Source: Deferribacterales bacterium (lineage in GTDB: Bacteria; Chrysiogenota; Deferribacteres; Deferribacterales; Geovibrionaceae). Taken from it: 51,535 nt of DNA. Both the position numbers and the translations under genes were made by a program. The stretch spans positions 1-51,535 of the forward strand of contig JBFWJS010000009.1 of the NCBI GenBank assembly GCA_050253075.1, written 5' to 3'. Of the stretch, positions 29,174-39,973 are shown piece after piece (the stretch's first letter is position 1; every line of letters begins with the position of its first letter). Below the pieces are notes generated by a model, which saw nothing but the letters and a program-made list of their open reading frames with translations, did no database searches and was not told the DNA's origin.

Positions 29174-30112
29174 ATGCTTTCAAGACTTGCAAACAGAGTA
29201 TACTGGCTCTCCCGATACACAGAGAGAGCACTCAACAGCGCAAAGATAGCCAACTCATACGGAAACCTTATCCTAGACCTGCCCATAGGCACAGAGGTCG
29301 GCTGGCACACGCTGATAGCCATTAACGATGCAGACGCACTCTTCGACGAGCTCTACGGAGAACGCACCGAGGAGAACATCATGCAGTTCCTTCTTTTCGA
29401 CGAGCGTTATGCAGGGTCGATATATTCATCCATCTGCTACGCAAGGGAAAATGCAAGAACCAGCAGAGATATCCTCCCCAGTGAAACATGGGAGATCATA
29501 AACGGTCTCTATCTGAATATGAAGAATGAAAAGTGCGAGAAGGTATCCCGAAGCAGAAGATACATCTTCCTCAACAGCGTGATGCACAACATTATGCGTA
29601 TGGAAGGTATGCTGAACGGAGGTCTCAGCCGAAACAACACATACAGATTCATCATCCTCGGACGAAACCTTGAAAGGGCAGACACCACAACAAGGGTTCT
29701 GGATGTCGGGTCTCAGCTTCTCAGCGACGGAACAAGCTCTCTGCTGAAAAGCCACGAAGGTGTCATATGGATGAACATCCTGCGCTCTATGAACGCATAT
29801 CAGATGTATCGTCAGGAAGTACGCAGAAAGGTCGTCGGGAAGGACGTCGTAAAATTTCTCCTGTTTAACGAGGAATTCCCCCGCTCCGTTACATTCTGCG
29901 TGGAACAGATAATGAAATATGCCTCAAAGCTGAACGAGCCTATGGACATCATAGCCATGGTGAACAGTCTGGAAAAAGAGATACACTCTGTCTCCACAGA
30001 GGATCTCACGGCCGAAGGCGTAAACAGGCACATGGATGAGCTTCAGAAGCTGCTTTCTGATCTGAACAACGTAATCGAAGAAAAATGGTTCTATAATAAC
30101 AACGAGATATGA
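29174..30112 (+). CDS. Alpha-E domain protein (DUF403)
   Basis: MLSRLA...YW..RY.ERA, ARENAR, GR.LERAD, FPRS. Confidence 0.92.
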   Translation: MLSRLANRVYWLSRYTERALNSAKIANSYGNLILDLPIGTEVGWHTLIAINDADALFDELYGERTEENIMQFLLFDERYAGSIYSSICYARENARTSRDILPSETWEIINGLYLNMKNEKCEKVSRSRRYIFLNSVMHNIMRMEGMLNGGLSRNNTYRFIILGRNLERADTTTRVLDVGSQLLSDGTSSLLKSHEGVIWMNILRSMNAYQMYRQEVRRKVVGKDVVKFLLFNEEFPRSVTFCVEQIMKYASKLNEPMDIIAMVNSLEKEIHSVSTEDLTAEGVNRHMDELQKLLSDLNNVIEEKWFYNNNEI

Positions 30113-31170
30113 AAAGATATAGATGCTCATGCGGAGCCGAACTCTTTTTTGAAAATGATTCCTGCGTTGAATGCGGGAGAGACATCGGCTTCGACCCCGG
30201 AAATCTTACTATATTCCCGCTGAGTTACCACCCTGATACCGGTATGTACACGCAGAAAGGCGAAAAAACGGGGATAAACTACAAACTGTGCGAACACAAC
30301 GGCAGAGACAAGCTCGGCTGTAACTGGCTGCTCAGAGCAGACGATCCGCACACCCAGTGTGCATCATGCAGACTGACACGAACCATACCCCTGCAGGATA
30401 ACTATAAAAATCTGCGCAGGTGGCGCATACTCGAATCGTCAAAACGCAGAATGATATATAACCTGATGAATCAGGGGCTGACATTCGACGGCAGGGACAC
30501 AGACCCAGAAAACGGGCTTGCGTTCGACTTTCTCGAAGATAAACGGTCTAACCCTAATGTTGAAGTGGAACACATACTCACAGGGCATAATCACGGCATA
30601 ATAACCATAAATGCTGCCGAAGCAGACCCTGAGTTCCGTGTTAGCGTCCGTGAAAGCATGAATGAGCGCTATCGCACCATCCTCGGACATATGCGTCATG
30701 AGATAGGGCATTATTACTTTAACAGGCTGGTCATGACATCTGACTGGATAGAATACTTTATATATACATTCGGCAACCCCGATCTGAACTATCAGGAAGC
30801 TCTGGACAGATATTATAATAACGGCCCCCGATGGGACTGGGAGCATTATCACATCAGCGCATACGCCAGCATGCACCCTATGGAAGACTGGGCAGAGACA
30901 TGGGCACACTATCTGCACATGTGCGATACGCTGGAGACAGCCGAGTCATTCGGCATATCAAAAGTAAATCTGCGCTCGGACGACTTTGACAGTATTATTA
31001 AGAAATGGATGGATCTGGCAGTTATAATGAACGCTCTGACACGCAGTGTCGGCAAGCCTGACGCATACCCCTTTGTGATCAGTAAGAATGTGGTCTATAA
31101 GCTGAATCTGGTGCACAGGGTCGTGAGGGGATCGTCTACAAAACCGTCTATACCTGAGCCTTTATCTTAG
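30109..31170 (+). CDS. Zinc-ribbon plus putative zinc-binding metallopeptidase (DUF2248)
   Basis: CSCG..LFFEN..C..C, HMRHEIGHYY, ISAYASMHP.EDWAETWAHYLH. Confidence 0.9.
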   Translation: MKRYRCSCGAELFFENDSCVECGRDIGFDPGNLTIFPLSYHPDTGMYTQKGEKTGINYKLCEHNGRDKLGCNWLLRADDPHTQCASCRLTRTIPLQDNYKNLRRWRILESSKRRMIYNLMNQGLTFDGRDTDPENGLAFDFLEDKRSNPNVEVEHILTGHNHGIITINAAEADPEFRVSVRESMNERYRTILGHMRHEIGHYYFNRLVMTSDWIEYFIYTFGNPDLNYQEALDRYYNNGPRWDWEHYHISAYASMHPMEDWAETWAHYLHMCDTLETAESFGISKVNLRSDDFDSIIKKWMDLAVIMNALTRSVGKPDAYPFVISKNVVYKLNLVHRVVRGSSTKPSIPEPLS

Positions 31171-32065
31171 GCTTTTTCATACTGTAACGTATAGAAGTAC
31201 CGACCTCGGCGACAAGTATCGCAGCCACGATAAGCGCAGCACCAAAATACTGTCTGAGTCCTAATACCTCTCCGCCTATGAAATAGCTGAAAAAAGCTGA
31301 TGAGAGCGGTTCGAATGTGAACATGATCGCAGCCTTTGTGGGTGTGGTATGTTTCTGCATTGCAGTCTGCACAAAAAAGCACACGACAGTGGCGAAAACC
31401 GACAGGTATATCAGCGGATAGAGTATATCTGCCTCAAAGATAGGCGCAGCGGGCTGTGTCTCAAAAAAGAGCGCATATAACCCCGCCAAAACCGTGGAAG
31501 TAGCTATCTGTATAGCTGTCAGCACCACGACGTTATGCTTCTTTGAATACACATCCACCTGAAGTATGTAGAGGGCGATAAAAAAGGCATTTATAACGCC
31601 GAATCCCTGACCAAGAGAAAGATGCATCCCCGAATGGAACGTTATCATCATCATACCTACGGCAGAGAGCACGACGCCTATGATAGAAAAAAGATGCGGA
31701 ACCTTCTTATAAAAAACTGCTGAAAGCACGGGCACGAAAAGAACATAAAGTCCTGTCAGTATCCCAACCTCTGTGGCTGTGGTCAGCTTAAGCGCCAAAA
31801 CCTGGAAAAAGAACGTGAGAAAGAGATAAACGCCGAGTATTATGCCGTCTTTCAGCATCTTTCTGCTAAAGTGCCTGAAATATGGCAGAGCGATAGCCCC
31901 CATAAGCACCGCAGCGAAAAAAAACCTGAAAAACAGGTATGTGATAGGCTGAATGTTCTCCACGCCCTGCTTCATCACTATGAATGTGCTACCCCATATG
32001 AGAGCGATGGTGATGATGGATGCGTCGGCTGTATATTCGAGTAATTTACCTTTTAACAATTTCAT
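31148..32065 (-). CDS. DMT/EamA family transporter
   Basis: About 10 TM segments, IWGSTF, FEP motifs. Confidence 0.9.
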   Translation of the reverse strand: MKLLKGKLLEYTADASIITIALIWGSTFIVMKQGVENIQPITYLFFRFFFAAVLMGAIALPYFRHFSRKMLKDGIILGVYLFLTFFFQVLALKLTTATEVGILTGLYVLFVPVLSAVFYKKVPHLFSIIGVVLSAVGMMMITFHSGMHLSLGQGFGVINAFFIALYILQVDVYSKKHNVVVLTAIQIATSTVLAGLYALFFETQPAAPIFEADILYPLIYLSVFATVVCFFVQTAMQKHTTPTKAAIMFTFEPLSSAFFSYFIGGEVLGLRQYFGAALIVAAILVAEVGTSIRYSMKKPKIKAQV

Positions 32066-32112
32066 TTCCTTGCTAATTTTTTAAAGCAGGAAATGACTGT
32101 ATCGTAAACGGT

Positions 32113-34095
32113 CTAACTCTTCAAGCGGAATTTTTCCACCGCAAGCTGAAGCCCCGAAGCGAGTTCCTTCAGCATTTCAGACTGCTGTCTGTTGCTGGCG
32201 GCTATCTCCGCATTGTTTTTTGAAAATCCTGCTATCTGTGACGAATCTTCGGATATCTTTCGGCTGGATTCATTCTGCTGTGTTATCGCTGCAGATACGG
32301 ACTCTATCTTTTCCGCCGCTTCCACCACACCGTGAATGATACCCTCAAGGCTCGCCTGAAGCTCCGATGCGAGGTCTTCACCCTCTTTCGCAAGCTGAGC
32401 GCCCGCCTGCATGTCCTGCACGGATCTGTTCACGTCTTTGCTGATGCCCGATGTCATCTCGTTTATCTCTGCGGTGGCTGTGACAGTTCTCTCTGCGAGC
32501 TTTCGCACCTCATCAGCCACAACGGCAAATCCACGCCCGTGTTCCCCTGCTCTGGCTGCTTCTATCGCTGCATTCAGTGCGAGCAGGTTTGTCTGGTCTG
32601 CGATGTCGGATATCACTTTCACTATCTCTATGATCTGCTTCGATGATTCGCCGAGATTATTGATGGTTCCGGATGTTCCGATCACGGTATCTGCAAGGTT
32701 CTTTATGCCGTTCACTGTGTTTTCGAGCACTTTATGACCTTCGGATGCAGAGGAACGTATCATGTTTATCTCACTGCTCAGTTCCTGAATATTCACGGAA
32801 ACATCGTCGAAGGATGTCAGTATTTCCTGAATGGAGCGTTCCACATTCCCCGTACGCTCCGACTGAGCCTTTATCGCTTCCGAAAGCTGCGTACCAGATG
32901 AATACAGGCTCTCGGAATGCTGTTTAACATTCACCGCTGAGGACTTCACATTTGCCAGCGTGCTGTTTATATGGTCTGTCATGGACGTAAGGTATGTGCC
33001 TATCGTGCCGACCTCGTCATTATTGGTAAGCCTGCATTCCGTCGTGAGGTCTCCCGTGGAAACCTTTTCTATATATGTACCGAGGCTCTTGATAGGTCCT
33101 ACGATCGTTCTGTTTATCAGCATGTTCACCAGCAGGGATGCGATGATTATCACCACCACACCCACCAGCACAGGGCGTAGGATGATATCCCTCTTCATAC
33201 TGCCGATGAATTCGTTTATGTCTGCACCGCCCACGAGGATGGTGTTCATGGAGTCTATATGCGCGAATCCGACCAGCTTCTTTATACCGTTCCAGCGGTA
33301 TTTCAGCGAGCCGTTCTTCTCGGTTATTATCGTATGGATAAAGTCTTCGTCTGCAAGGTTTTTACCTATCATGTCCTGCTGAGGGTGCATGATTATTGTC
33401 CCCTTTTCATCCACCAGATAGTAATATCCGGTCTTTGCTATCACTTTCGTCTTCACAAAGTTTTCGAAGGAGTCTTTGGCATATTTGTCGATGAAGTCAG
33501 AGCTGGCAGACACCTCTGTGTCGGGGATAGCAGCACATATGACGACCTTAAAGCGTTCGTTCGGCCTGCATGCCACAATGGCAGAGCCCTTGCGCTGAAA
33601 TGGGATATTGAGTGTTATATTCTTCTCTTTCGCTATCTTATCTATCAGAGGCTGTGCTTCCTTCGCAAACTTCCTGTCGGGCATGACAGACATCATGCCG
33701 TCCTCATCCAGCGCAAAGGCAAAGCCTGATTTGCCCACTGTCTTTTTATCTATGATGTCCAGCACACGGAACTGTATGGCGAACTCGCCCTCGCCCGATA
33801 TCATATAAGCAGATGCCACACGCTCGGACGTGTCGATGATGGACTCTATTTCATTATTCAGCAGCTTCTGAACATCGTTAGCGATATAAGTGTTCAGCTC
33901 CTTAGCCACCATATCAAAGCTCTTTAATTTGTCGTTCAGGGACTGCGCCTCAGAGGCGAGCATGTCTTCGACCTGTTTGGAAAAATGTGTCTCCGCCACC
34001 CGTATAGCAAAGAAAACCGTAACGCCCAGGCTGAGCACAATAAAGGAGATAAACAAAAGCAGAGCCTTTGTTTTGATAGTCATGTTTCCGATCAT
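32113..34095 (-). CDS. Methyl-accepting chemotaxis protein (Cache, HAMP)
   Basis: [40 protein letters not shown]. Confidence 0.95.
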   Translation of the reverse strand: MIGNMTIKTKALLLFISFIVLSLGVTVFFAIRVAETHFSKQVEDMLASEAQSLNDKLKSFDMVAKELNTYIANDVQKLLNNEIESIIDTSERVASAYMISGEGEFAIQFRVLDIIDKKTVGKSGFAFALDEDGMMSVMPDRKFAKEAQPLIDKIAKEKNITLNIPFQRKGSAIVACRPNERFKVVICAAIPDTEVSASSDFIDKYAKDSFENFVKTKVIAKTGYYYLVDEKGTIIMHPQQDMIGKNLADEDFIHTIITEKNGSLKYRWNGIKKLVGFAHIDSMNTILVGGADINEFIGSMKRDIILRPVLVGVVVIIIASLLVNMLINRTIVGPIKSLGTYIEKVSTGDLTTECRLTNNDEVGTIGTYLTSMTDHINSTLANVKSSAVNVKQHSESLYSSGTQLSEAIKAQSERTGNVERSIQEILTSFDDVSVNIQELSSEINMIRSSASEGHKVLENTVNGIKNLADTVIGTSGTINNLGESSKQIIEIVKVISDIADQTNLLALNAAIEAARAGEHGRGFAVVADEVRKLAERTVTATAEINEMTSGISKDVNRSVQDMQAGAQLAKEGEDLASELQASLEGIIHGVVEAAEKIESVSAAITQQNESSRKISEDSSQIAGFSKNNAEIAASNRQQSEMLKELASGLQLAVEKFRLKS

Positions 34096-34192
34096 TTTTC
34101 ACCACACTAATTCGTCTATTTACTACAATTTATGATAGTTTTACCCTGTCAGATAAATGTCAGGTTAATTATAAATAGTTATTATTAGTGAT

Positions 34193-34220
34193 AAAAAAAG
34201 GGCGGCCTTTATAGCCGCCC
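34193..34220 (-). terminator. Intrinsic terminator after pstB
   Basis: GGGCGGC-N7-GCCGCCC followed by a T tract on the minus strand. Confidence 0.75.
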
Positions 34221-34228
34221 TGTGTATC

Positions 34229-34993
34229 TTAACCGAAACGTCCGGTAATGTAATCTTCCGTCTTTTTCACCGTAGGATTAGTGAAAATTGTGCTGGTGTC
34301 GCCCACCTCTATCAGCTCTCCCATATAGAAGAAAGCCGTATAGTCCGAAACCCTCGCAGCCTGCTGCATGTTGTGGGTTACGATGATGACCGTGAGCCTC
34401 TCTTTCAGCTCGTATATCAGCTCTTCTATCTTTTGCGTTGCAATAGGGTCGAGAGCCGATGCGGGCTCATCCATGAGGAGAACTTCGGGCTCCATAGCGA
34501 GTGCACGTGCGATGCAGAGACGCTGCTGCTGACCGCCTGAGAGCGCTGTCGCCTGAGCTTTGAGCCTGTCCTTCACCTCTTCCCAGAGTCCTGCTTTCAC
34601 CAGAGAACCCTCCACGAGGTCGTCCATCTCGCTCCCTTTGGAGACGAGTCCGTGTATGCGTGGAGCGTATGCTATGTTTTCATATATAGTTTTAGGGAAT
34701 GGGTTCGGCTTTTGGAAAACCATCCCTACTCTTCTTCTCAGTTCAACGACGTCGAGCTTCGGATCGTGGATCTCCTGCTTATCAAGATATATTCCGCCTT
34801 CAACCCTGATGTCTTTTATAAGGTCGTTCATTCTGTTAAAACATCTCAGATAAGTAGACTTACCGCATCCTGACGGTCCGATGAGAGCAGTAACGTGCTT
34901 CTCCGGAAATGTCAGGTTGATGTCTTTGAGCGCATGAAAATTACCGTAGTAAAAGTTCAGCGATTCAGATTTCATTTTTAATGTCTTTTCCAT
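34229..34993 (-). CDS. pstB: Phosphate ABC transporter ATPase
   Basis: [41 protein letters not shown]. Confidence 0.97.
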   Translation of the reverse strand: MEKTLKMKSESLNFYYGNFHALKDINLTFPEKHVTALIGPSGCGKSTYLRCFNRMNDLIKDIRVEGGIYLDKQEIHDPKLDVVELRRRVGMVFQKPNPFPKTIYENIAYAPRIHGLVSKGSEMDDLVEGSLVKAGLWEEVKDRLKAQATALSGGQQQRLCIARALAMEPEVLLMDEPASALDPIATQKIEELIYELKERLTVIIVTHNMQQAARVSDYTAFFYMGELIEVGDTSTIFTNPTVKKTEDYITGRFG

Positions 34994-35025
34994 TTATATC
35001 TCCACTCCGTCGCAGATGAGTAATC

Positions 35026-36189
35026 TTACCATTTTCTTTCAAATTTGTTTCTAATAAGCACTGCCGCTGCGTTCAACATAAGCAGAACCACAAGCAGACA
35101 CATGATACCGAGGGCTGTTCTTTCCACATAAGCCCTGAGAGATGTTCCCGCCCATGTGAATATCTGAGCAGGGAGCACTGTCGCAGCCTCTGTCACACCG
35201 CCAGGCGCTTCGGGAATGTATGCGAGCATACCGATGATCAGAAGCGGCGCTGTCTCGCCCATTGCTCTGGCTATACCGATGATAAAGCCTGTGAGGATAC
35301 CCGGGAGAGAAAGAGGAAGCACGTGGTGCCATACGACCTGCCATGCGGAAGCACCGACCCCCTGCGCACCCTGACGGATAAAGTCGGGGATACTGCTGAG
35401 AGCAACTCTGGTACTAATGATTATAACAGGCAACGTCATAAGCGAAAGTGTCAGACCGCCCGCTAGAGCCGATGATCTGGGCACTCCGAAAAAGTTTATA
35501 AATATCGCCAGACCAAGAAGACCGAAAAGGATCGACGGTATGGCTGCAAGGTTGTTAATGTTAACTTCGATAATACGTGTAAACCAGTTGTCGGGAGCGA
35601 ATTCCTCGAGGTATACGGCTGTCATGATGCCTATCGGCACTGAGAATACCATAGTAAGTATCAGTACATATACAGTACCGATAACGGCTGAGAATATACC
35701 AGCCATCTCAGGGAGCTTTGAGTCTCCGTTCTTGAAAAAGCCTTTGTTGAAGGCCATCTTTATCTTGCCTTCAGCTTTCAGCTTATCGACAAATTCCTTC
35801 TGTCCGCCGTTCAGCTTATTCGGCTGACCTTTAAGATACTGGTCTACCTCTGCGTTTGCGAGGATCCATTTATTCTGAACAGTGTTCATCAGCTCAGGGT
35901 TAGCCTCTATCTCACGAGGGACAAGGCGTGTGAAACCGCGGCTCACGAGCCTCTGATATTCTTTCGGCACAGAGAGGTGAGAATACTGCTGTGTCTGTTC
36001 ATTATATGTAACGTCGACCTGTATCTCTGCCTGCTCGAGTGCTGAGTAGCCCGTACGTGATATATCTACAAGGAAAAAGACAAGGAACGCTGTCGCGATT
36101 ATTATCGCAAACATAGACGCGAAGTAGAAAAACTTCTCTTGTCTGTATCTCTTTTTTATCAGTTTAAGTCTTCTGTTTTCTCTATCCAT
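35026..36189 (-). CDS. pstA: Phosphate ABC transporter permease
   Basis: NINNLAAIPSILFGLLGL, ARAMGETAPL. Confidence 0.95.
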   Translation of the reverse strand: MDRENRRLKLIKKRYRQEKFFYFASMFAIIIATAFLVFFLVDISRTGYSALEQAEIQVDVTYNEQTQQYSHLSVPKEYQRLVSRGFTRLVPREIEANPELMNTVQNKWILANAEVDQYLKGQPNKLNGGQKEFVDKLKAEGKIKMAFNKGFFKNGDSKLPEMAGIFSAVIGTVYVLILTMVFSVPIGIMTAVYLEEFAPDNWFTRIIEVNINNLAAIPSILFGLLGLAIFINFFGVPRSSALAGGLTLSLMTLPVIIISTRVALSSIPDFIRQGAQGVGASAWQVVWHHVLPLSLPGILTGFIIGIARAMGETAPLLIIGMLAYIPEAPGGVTEAATVLPAQIFTWAGTSLRAYVERTALGIMCLLVVLLMLNAAAVLIRNKFERKW

Positions 36190-36199
36190 CTTTACACCA

Positions 36200-37441
36200 T
36201 TAATCGTACTGTTTACGGAACTTTCTGATGATTATACTGGAAACAATGTTCAGCACCAGCGTCACCACCAAAAGCACAAGCCCCAGACCGAAAGCCGAAA
36301 GAGTCTCGAGACTGTCGAATGACTGGTCCCCCGTGAGAGCGTCGACTATGCGGACGGTAACTGTTGTCATACCCTCGAGAGGGTTCCATGTGAGGTTAGG
36401 ACGAAGTCCCGCAGCCATCACCACGATCATTGTCTCGCCTATCGCTCTGGAAAGAGCAAGGAGTATAGCTGAAACTATCCCCGGCAGAGCCGCAGGGAGT
36501 AGAACATGCTTCATTGTCTCGGAGCGTGTCGTACCGAGAGCGAGTGAACCTTCACGCATGTTCTGAGGGATAGCGTTTATCACGTCGTCTGAAAGCGAAG
36601 AAACAAACGGGATGATCATGATGCCCATAACCACTCCGGGCGCAAGTGCGTTTGTATAATCCGCCTGCACGCCTATTGCCTCTGCTGTTCTTACTATGAA
36701 AGGGCTGACAGTAATAGCCGCGAAGAAACCGTAAACAACTGTCGGGATACCTGCGAGTATCTCAAGGATAGGCTTTGCTGTCTTTCTGATATTTGGTGTT
36801 GCGTATTCGCTCATGTATATGGCAGAGAGCAGACCGACAGGAACCGCAACCGCCAGAGCGATGAATGTCACCATGAATGTACCGGCAAAGATAGGCACAG
36901 AGCCGAACTCTGGCTTTGCCACATCCTCGCCTGACCTGCCCGCACCCTCGAGGAATGCTGTGTCAGGGCTCCATTTGGTACCCGTGATAAAGTCGAAGAA
37001 GCTCACCTGTGAGAAGAACTTCATAGACTCAAAGAGGATAGATATAACGATACCTATCGTCGTAACTATTGAAACAAGCGATGCCGTTACAAGGAAAAGC
37101 TTGATTGTTTTCTCGATAAAATTTCTGGCTCTCAGGTCTGAATTGATATTCTTGAGAGCAAACCAAAGCCCGCCCGCAGCTATTAAAAGTATCGCCACGA
37201 GGTGCATTGTATAAGGAACCGCAAATACACGTGTGGAACCGAGAAGGCTGAAAAATAAAGATACCGCCATAGAAGGGAGTGCCATCCATATAACGGTATA
37301 CCAGCCGTAATGGCTTGGTCTGGAGTGGTATCTTTGACCGGTTTTTGTCTCGCCTTCGTTAGCTTTTTTCCTTCCTAGATAAAATGCCATGTAGCATAAA
37401 GGAAGTACGCCGATCACAAAATATAAAAGAACTTTCAGCAT
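36200..37441 (-). CDS. pstC: Phosphate ABC transporter permease
   Basis: LEILAGIPTVVYGFF, SRAIGETMIV. Confidence 0.95.
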   Translation of the reverse strand: MLKVLLYFVIGVLPLCYMAFYLGRKKANEGETKTGQRYHSRPSHYGWYTVIWMALPSMAVSLFFSLLGSTRVFAVPYTMHLVAILLIAAGGLWFALKNINSDLRARNFIEKTIKLFLVTASLVSIVTTIGIVISILFESMKFFSQVSFFDFITGTKWSPDTAFLEGAGRSGEDVAKPEFGSVPIFAGTFMVTFIALAVAVPVGLLSAIYMSEYATPNIRKTAKPILEILAGIPTVVYGFFAAITVSPFIVRTAEAIGVQADYTNALAPGVVMGIMIIPFVSSLSDDVINAIPQNMREGSLALGTTRSETMKHVLLPAALPGIVSAILLALSRAIGETMIVVMAAGLRPNLTWNPLEGMTTVTVRIVDALTGDQSFDSLETLSAFGLGLVLLVVTLVLNIVSSIIIRKFRKQYD

Positions 37442-37520
37442 TTATCACTCCAAATAATTATAGAGAAAAAGCCGACCCACCTCAAAGGAAGCAGGCCGGC
37501 ATTACGTATATTATTAATTC

Positions 37521-38537
37521 TTAGTGCTCAAGGTCAGCTTTTGTAAGTGCCTGACGCTTTGTCCAGCGAGCTCTTACAGCGTTTCTTTCAGCATCCGGCA
37601 GTGGGATAAGACCGATAGATTTAAGAAGTCCGTTTGTACCGATCATCTGCTCAGAGAGGAACATGTCTACGTATTCAGCCATACCGGGAACTTTGTCAAG
37701 GTGAGAAACTTTTACGTAGAAGTAAAGTGAACGGGAAACAGGGTATTTACCGCTTGAGATGTTAACCGGCTCAGGTGTAACACCGTCAACGGAAGCGCCT
37801 TTGATTCTGTCTGCGTTCTCTTCAAGGAAAGAGTAGCCGAAGATACCGAAAGCGTCTTTATCTTTAGCGAGTTTCTGTACGATAAGGTTGTCGTTTTCAC
37901 CGGCAGGTACGTAAATTCCGTCCTGACGGATTTTGCTGTAACCTTTTTTACCGTACTCATCCATTTTCTTTGTTACTTCATCCATTACAAGCTCTTCGAA
38001 AGCATCTCTTGTACCGGAAGATGTAGGAGGTCCGTATACGAGGATAGGCTTAGCAGGGAGAGCAGGGTTTACTTCGTTCCATTTTTTGTATGGGTTAGCA
38101 ACGAGTTTACCGTTTACAGGAACCTCAGCAGCTACAGCGAGTGTAAGGTCTTTTCTTGTAAGGTTGATGTCTGGGTTAGCTTTGTTGAAAGCGATTGCGA
38201 TACCGTCGAAACCGATAACAACTTCAACGATGTCTTTGTTGCCTACTGACATGTTCTTATCGAACTCAGATGTCTTCATTCTTCTTGAAGAGTTTGTGAT
38301 GTCAGGAGTGTTGAGGTCTGTACCGGAAGCGAAAAGTTTGTGACCGCCGCCTGAACCTGTAGACTCAATAACCGGTACCGGGTTTCCTGTTGTAGCGCCG
38401 AATTCTTCAGCTACATAGGATGCGAATGGGTAAACTGTACTAGAACCAACGATTCTGATCTGGTCTCTAGCGTGTGCTGCTACTGTTGACATTGTAACGA
38501 AAGCAGCAACAAGAGCGAGTGTAAGGAACTTTTTCAT
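37521..38537 (-). CDS. pstS: Phosphate-binding periplasmic protein
   Basis: VGSSTVYP, STGSGGG, SGTRDAF, YPVSRSLYFY. Confidence 0.95.
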   Translation of the reverse strand: MKKFLTLALVAAFVTMSTVAAHARDQIRIVGSSTVYPFASYVAEEFGATTGNPVPVIESTGSGGGHKLFASGTDLNTPDITNSSRRMKTSEFDKNMSVGNKDIVEVVIGFDGIAIAFNKANPDINLTRKDLTLAVAAEVPVNGKLVANPYKKWNEVNPALPAKPILVYGPPTSSGTRDAFEELVMDEVTKKMDEYGKKGYSKIRQDGIYVPAGENDNLIVQKLAKDKDAFGIFGYSFLEENADRIKGASVDGVTPEPVNISSGKYPVSRSLYFYVKVSHLDKVPGMAEYVDMFLSEQMIGTNGLLKSIGLIPLPDAERNAVRARWTKRQALTKADLEH

Positions 38538-38597
38538 TAAACATATCCTCCTAAAAAGGTTTTGATTTCTTGTCCGCTAGAAAAGGTTTACTCTAAA

Positions 38598-38628
38598 CTT
38601 GTAAAATACTTGTCAACTCAATGTCAGA
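38598..38628 (-). promoter_or_regulatory. Pho-box-like 11-bp-period repeats upstream of pstS
   Basis: Minus strand CTGACAT-N4-TTGACAA-N4-TTTACAA. Confidence 0.55.
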
Positions 38629-38730
38629 ATTTAATAAAAGATGGGTTCTGTATAAAAAGATGCCTATTCATAATAGGTTACAACAGCATAAAGTATTGAA
38701 GAAATATGCTGTCGTAAGGCTGCGTATCAT

Positions 38731-39129
38731 TTATTTGTTAAGGGATGCCGTCATATTCAGGTCTATTTTGTTTATGTGCTCTACTATCCAGTCCTTCATC
38801 GCTTCCATGATCTCTTTCATCGTGCGGTCGGTGCTGTTACCTTCCTTCAGGTCTTTCGCAGATGTTTCTATGAAGTGTATGAAATAGTTATGCTCTTCCT
38901 TATGAAAGTCGAATTCGCCGTATCCGTTTTCCATCATAAACTGCTCTTCATTCTGAAAATGTGTCTCGGTGTATCTGCGGAGATAGTCTAGCAGCTCTTT
39001 CAGCCTATCTACCCCGCCCTGTGAAGCCACACCGATCAGCTCCTCTGAAATGCCTATCAGCGCTGAATGCTCTTCGTCTATGAAAGTTATGTTGGTCTTC
39101 ATAGCCTCCGGCAGTATCTTCTTTGTCAT
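38731..39129 (-). CDS. Single-domain bacteriohemerythrin
   Basis: IDEEH, HFQNEE, HKEEH, W..EHI...D. Confidence 0.9.
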   Translation of the reverse strand: MTKKILPEAMKTNITFIDEEHSALIGISEELIGVASQGGVDRLKELLDYLRRYTETHFQNEEQFMMENGYGEFDFHKEEHNYFIHFIETSAKDLKEGNSTDRTMKEIMEAMKDWIVEHINKIDLNMTASLNK

Positions 39130-39356
39130 GTCATTACCTCTCTACTGACAGGTTAGTACATTTTACACACTAATAAAACACTAAACTTTTATGTTTTAAT
39201 TACCGTATAGCGGCCAGTTTAAAATCTAAATCCAAAAAAGATATTGGGGATGCACAGCCTTAGAATGTGATAATTACCGATTGAGTTGAAAATAGTTTTT
39301 GTTACCATATATTAATAATCACATCATTTATGTACTGATTAAAAAGGATGTGACTT

Positions 39357-39965
39357 ATGAAAAATATAATTATTACTGCCTTCGCTATGATGTTTCTGGC
39401 GGGATGCGCCACAACATATAACGTAAACGTGGCAGTCTTCGGCGGAAAATCAGACCTGAACAATAAAACATACGAAATGCGCCTCTCTAAAAAGACCAAA
39501 GGCGACCTCGAACACATGGGCTATGTGGAACAGCTGAGAAAGAGGCTGGCGTGTGAAGGATGGAGCGAGGTTTCATCCGGAGCTGCGTATATAATAGAGC
39601 CTGAATTCGGCACGACAGGCATAGAAGTCGAGGACGGCCCAAGCACAGGGTTTAACATCGGCTTAGGATTCTTCGGCGGCTCTGTAGGCTCTGGGCTGGG
39701 GCTCGGTGTCGGCAGCGCAAACCGTGTATCCACAAGGCCTGTACCATCGTTAGAGCTCAAACTGTTTGACAAGAGTGCTAATTCTGATACACCTGTATGG
39801 CAGGGTAAATTTGTAAACACCAACACGGGCAATAAACTTAATGAGGTTGCACCTGTCCTTGTTAAGTACGCTGTAGAAAATATAGGTAAAAGCACAGACG
39901 GCGACGAAGAATTCTCTTTCAGTGCCGACGAAAAAGAATTGAAAGCACTGTCTGAATGTAAATAG
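39357..39965 (+). CDS. Lipoprotein (DUF4136-like)
   Basis: Lipobox LAGC, Gly-rich segment, PVWQG. Confidence 0.7.
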   Translation: MKNIIITAFAMMFLAGCATTYNVNVAVFGGKSDLNNKTYEMRLSKKTKGDLEHMGYVEQLRKRLACEGWSEVSSGAAYIIEPEFGTTGIEVEDGPSTGFNIGLGFFGGSVGSGLGLGVGSANRVSTRPVPSLELKLFDKSANSDTPVWQGKFVNTNTGNKLNEVAPVLVKYAVENIGKSTDGDEEFSFSADEKELKALSECK

Positions 39966-39973
39966 GAAGGTAT

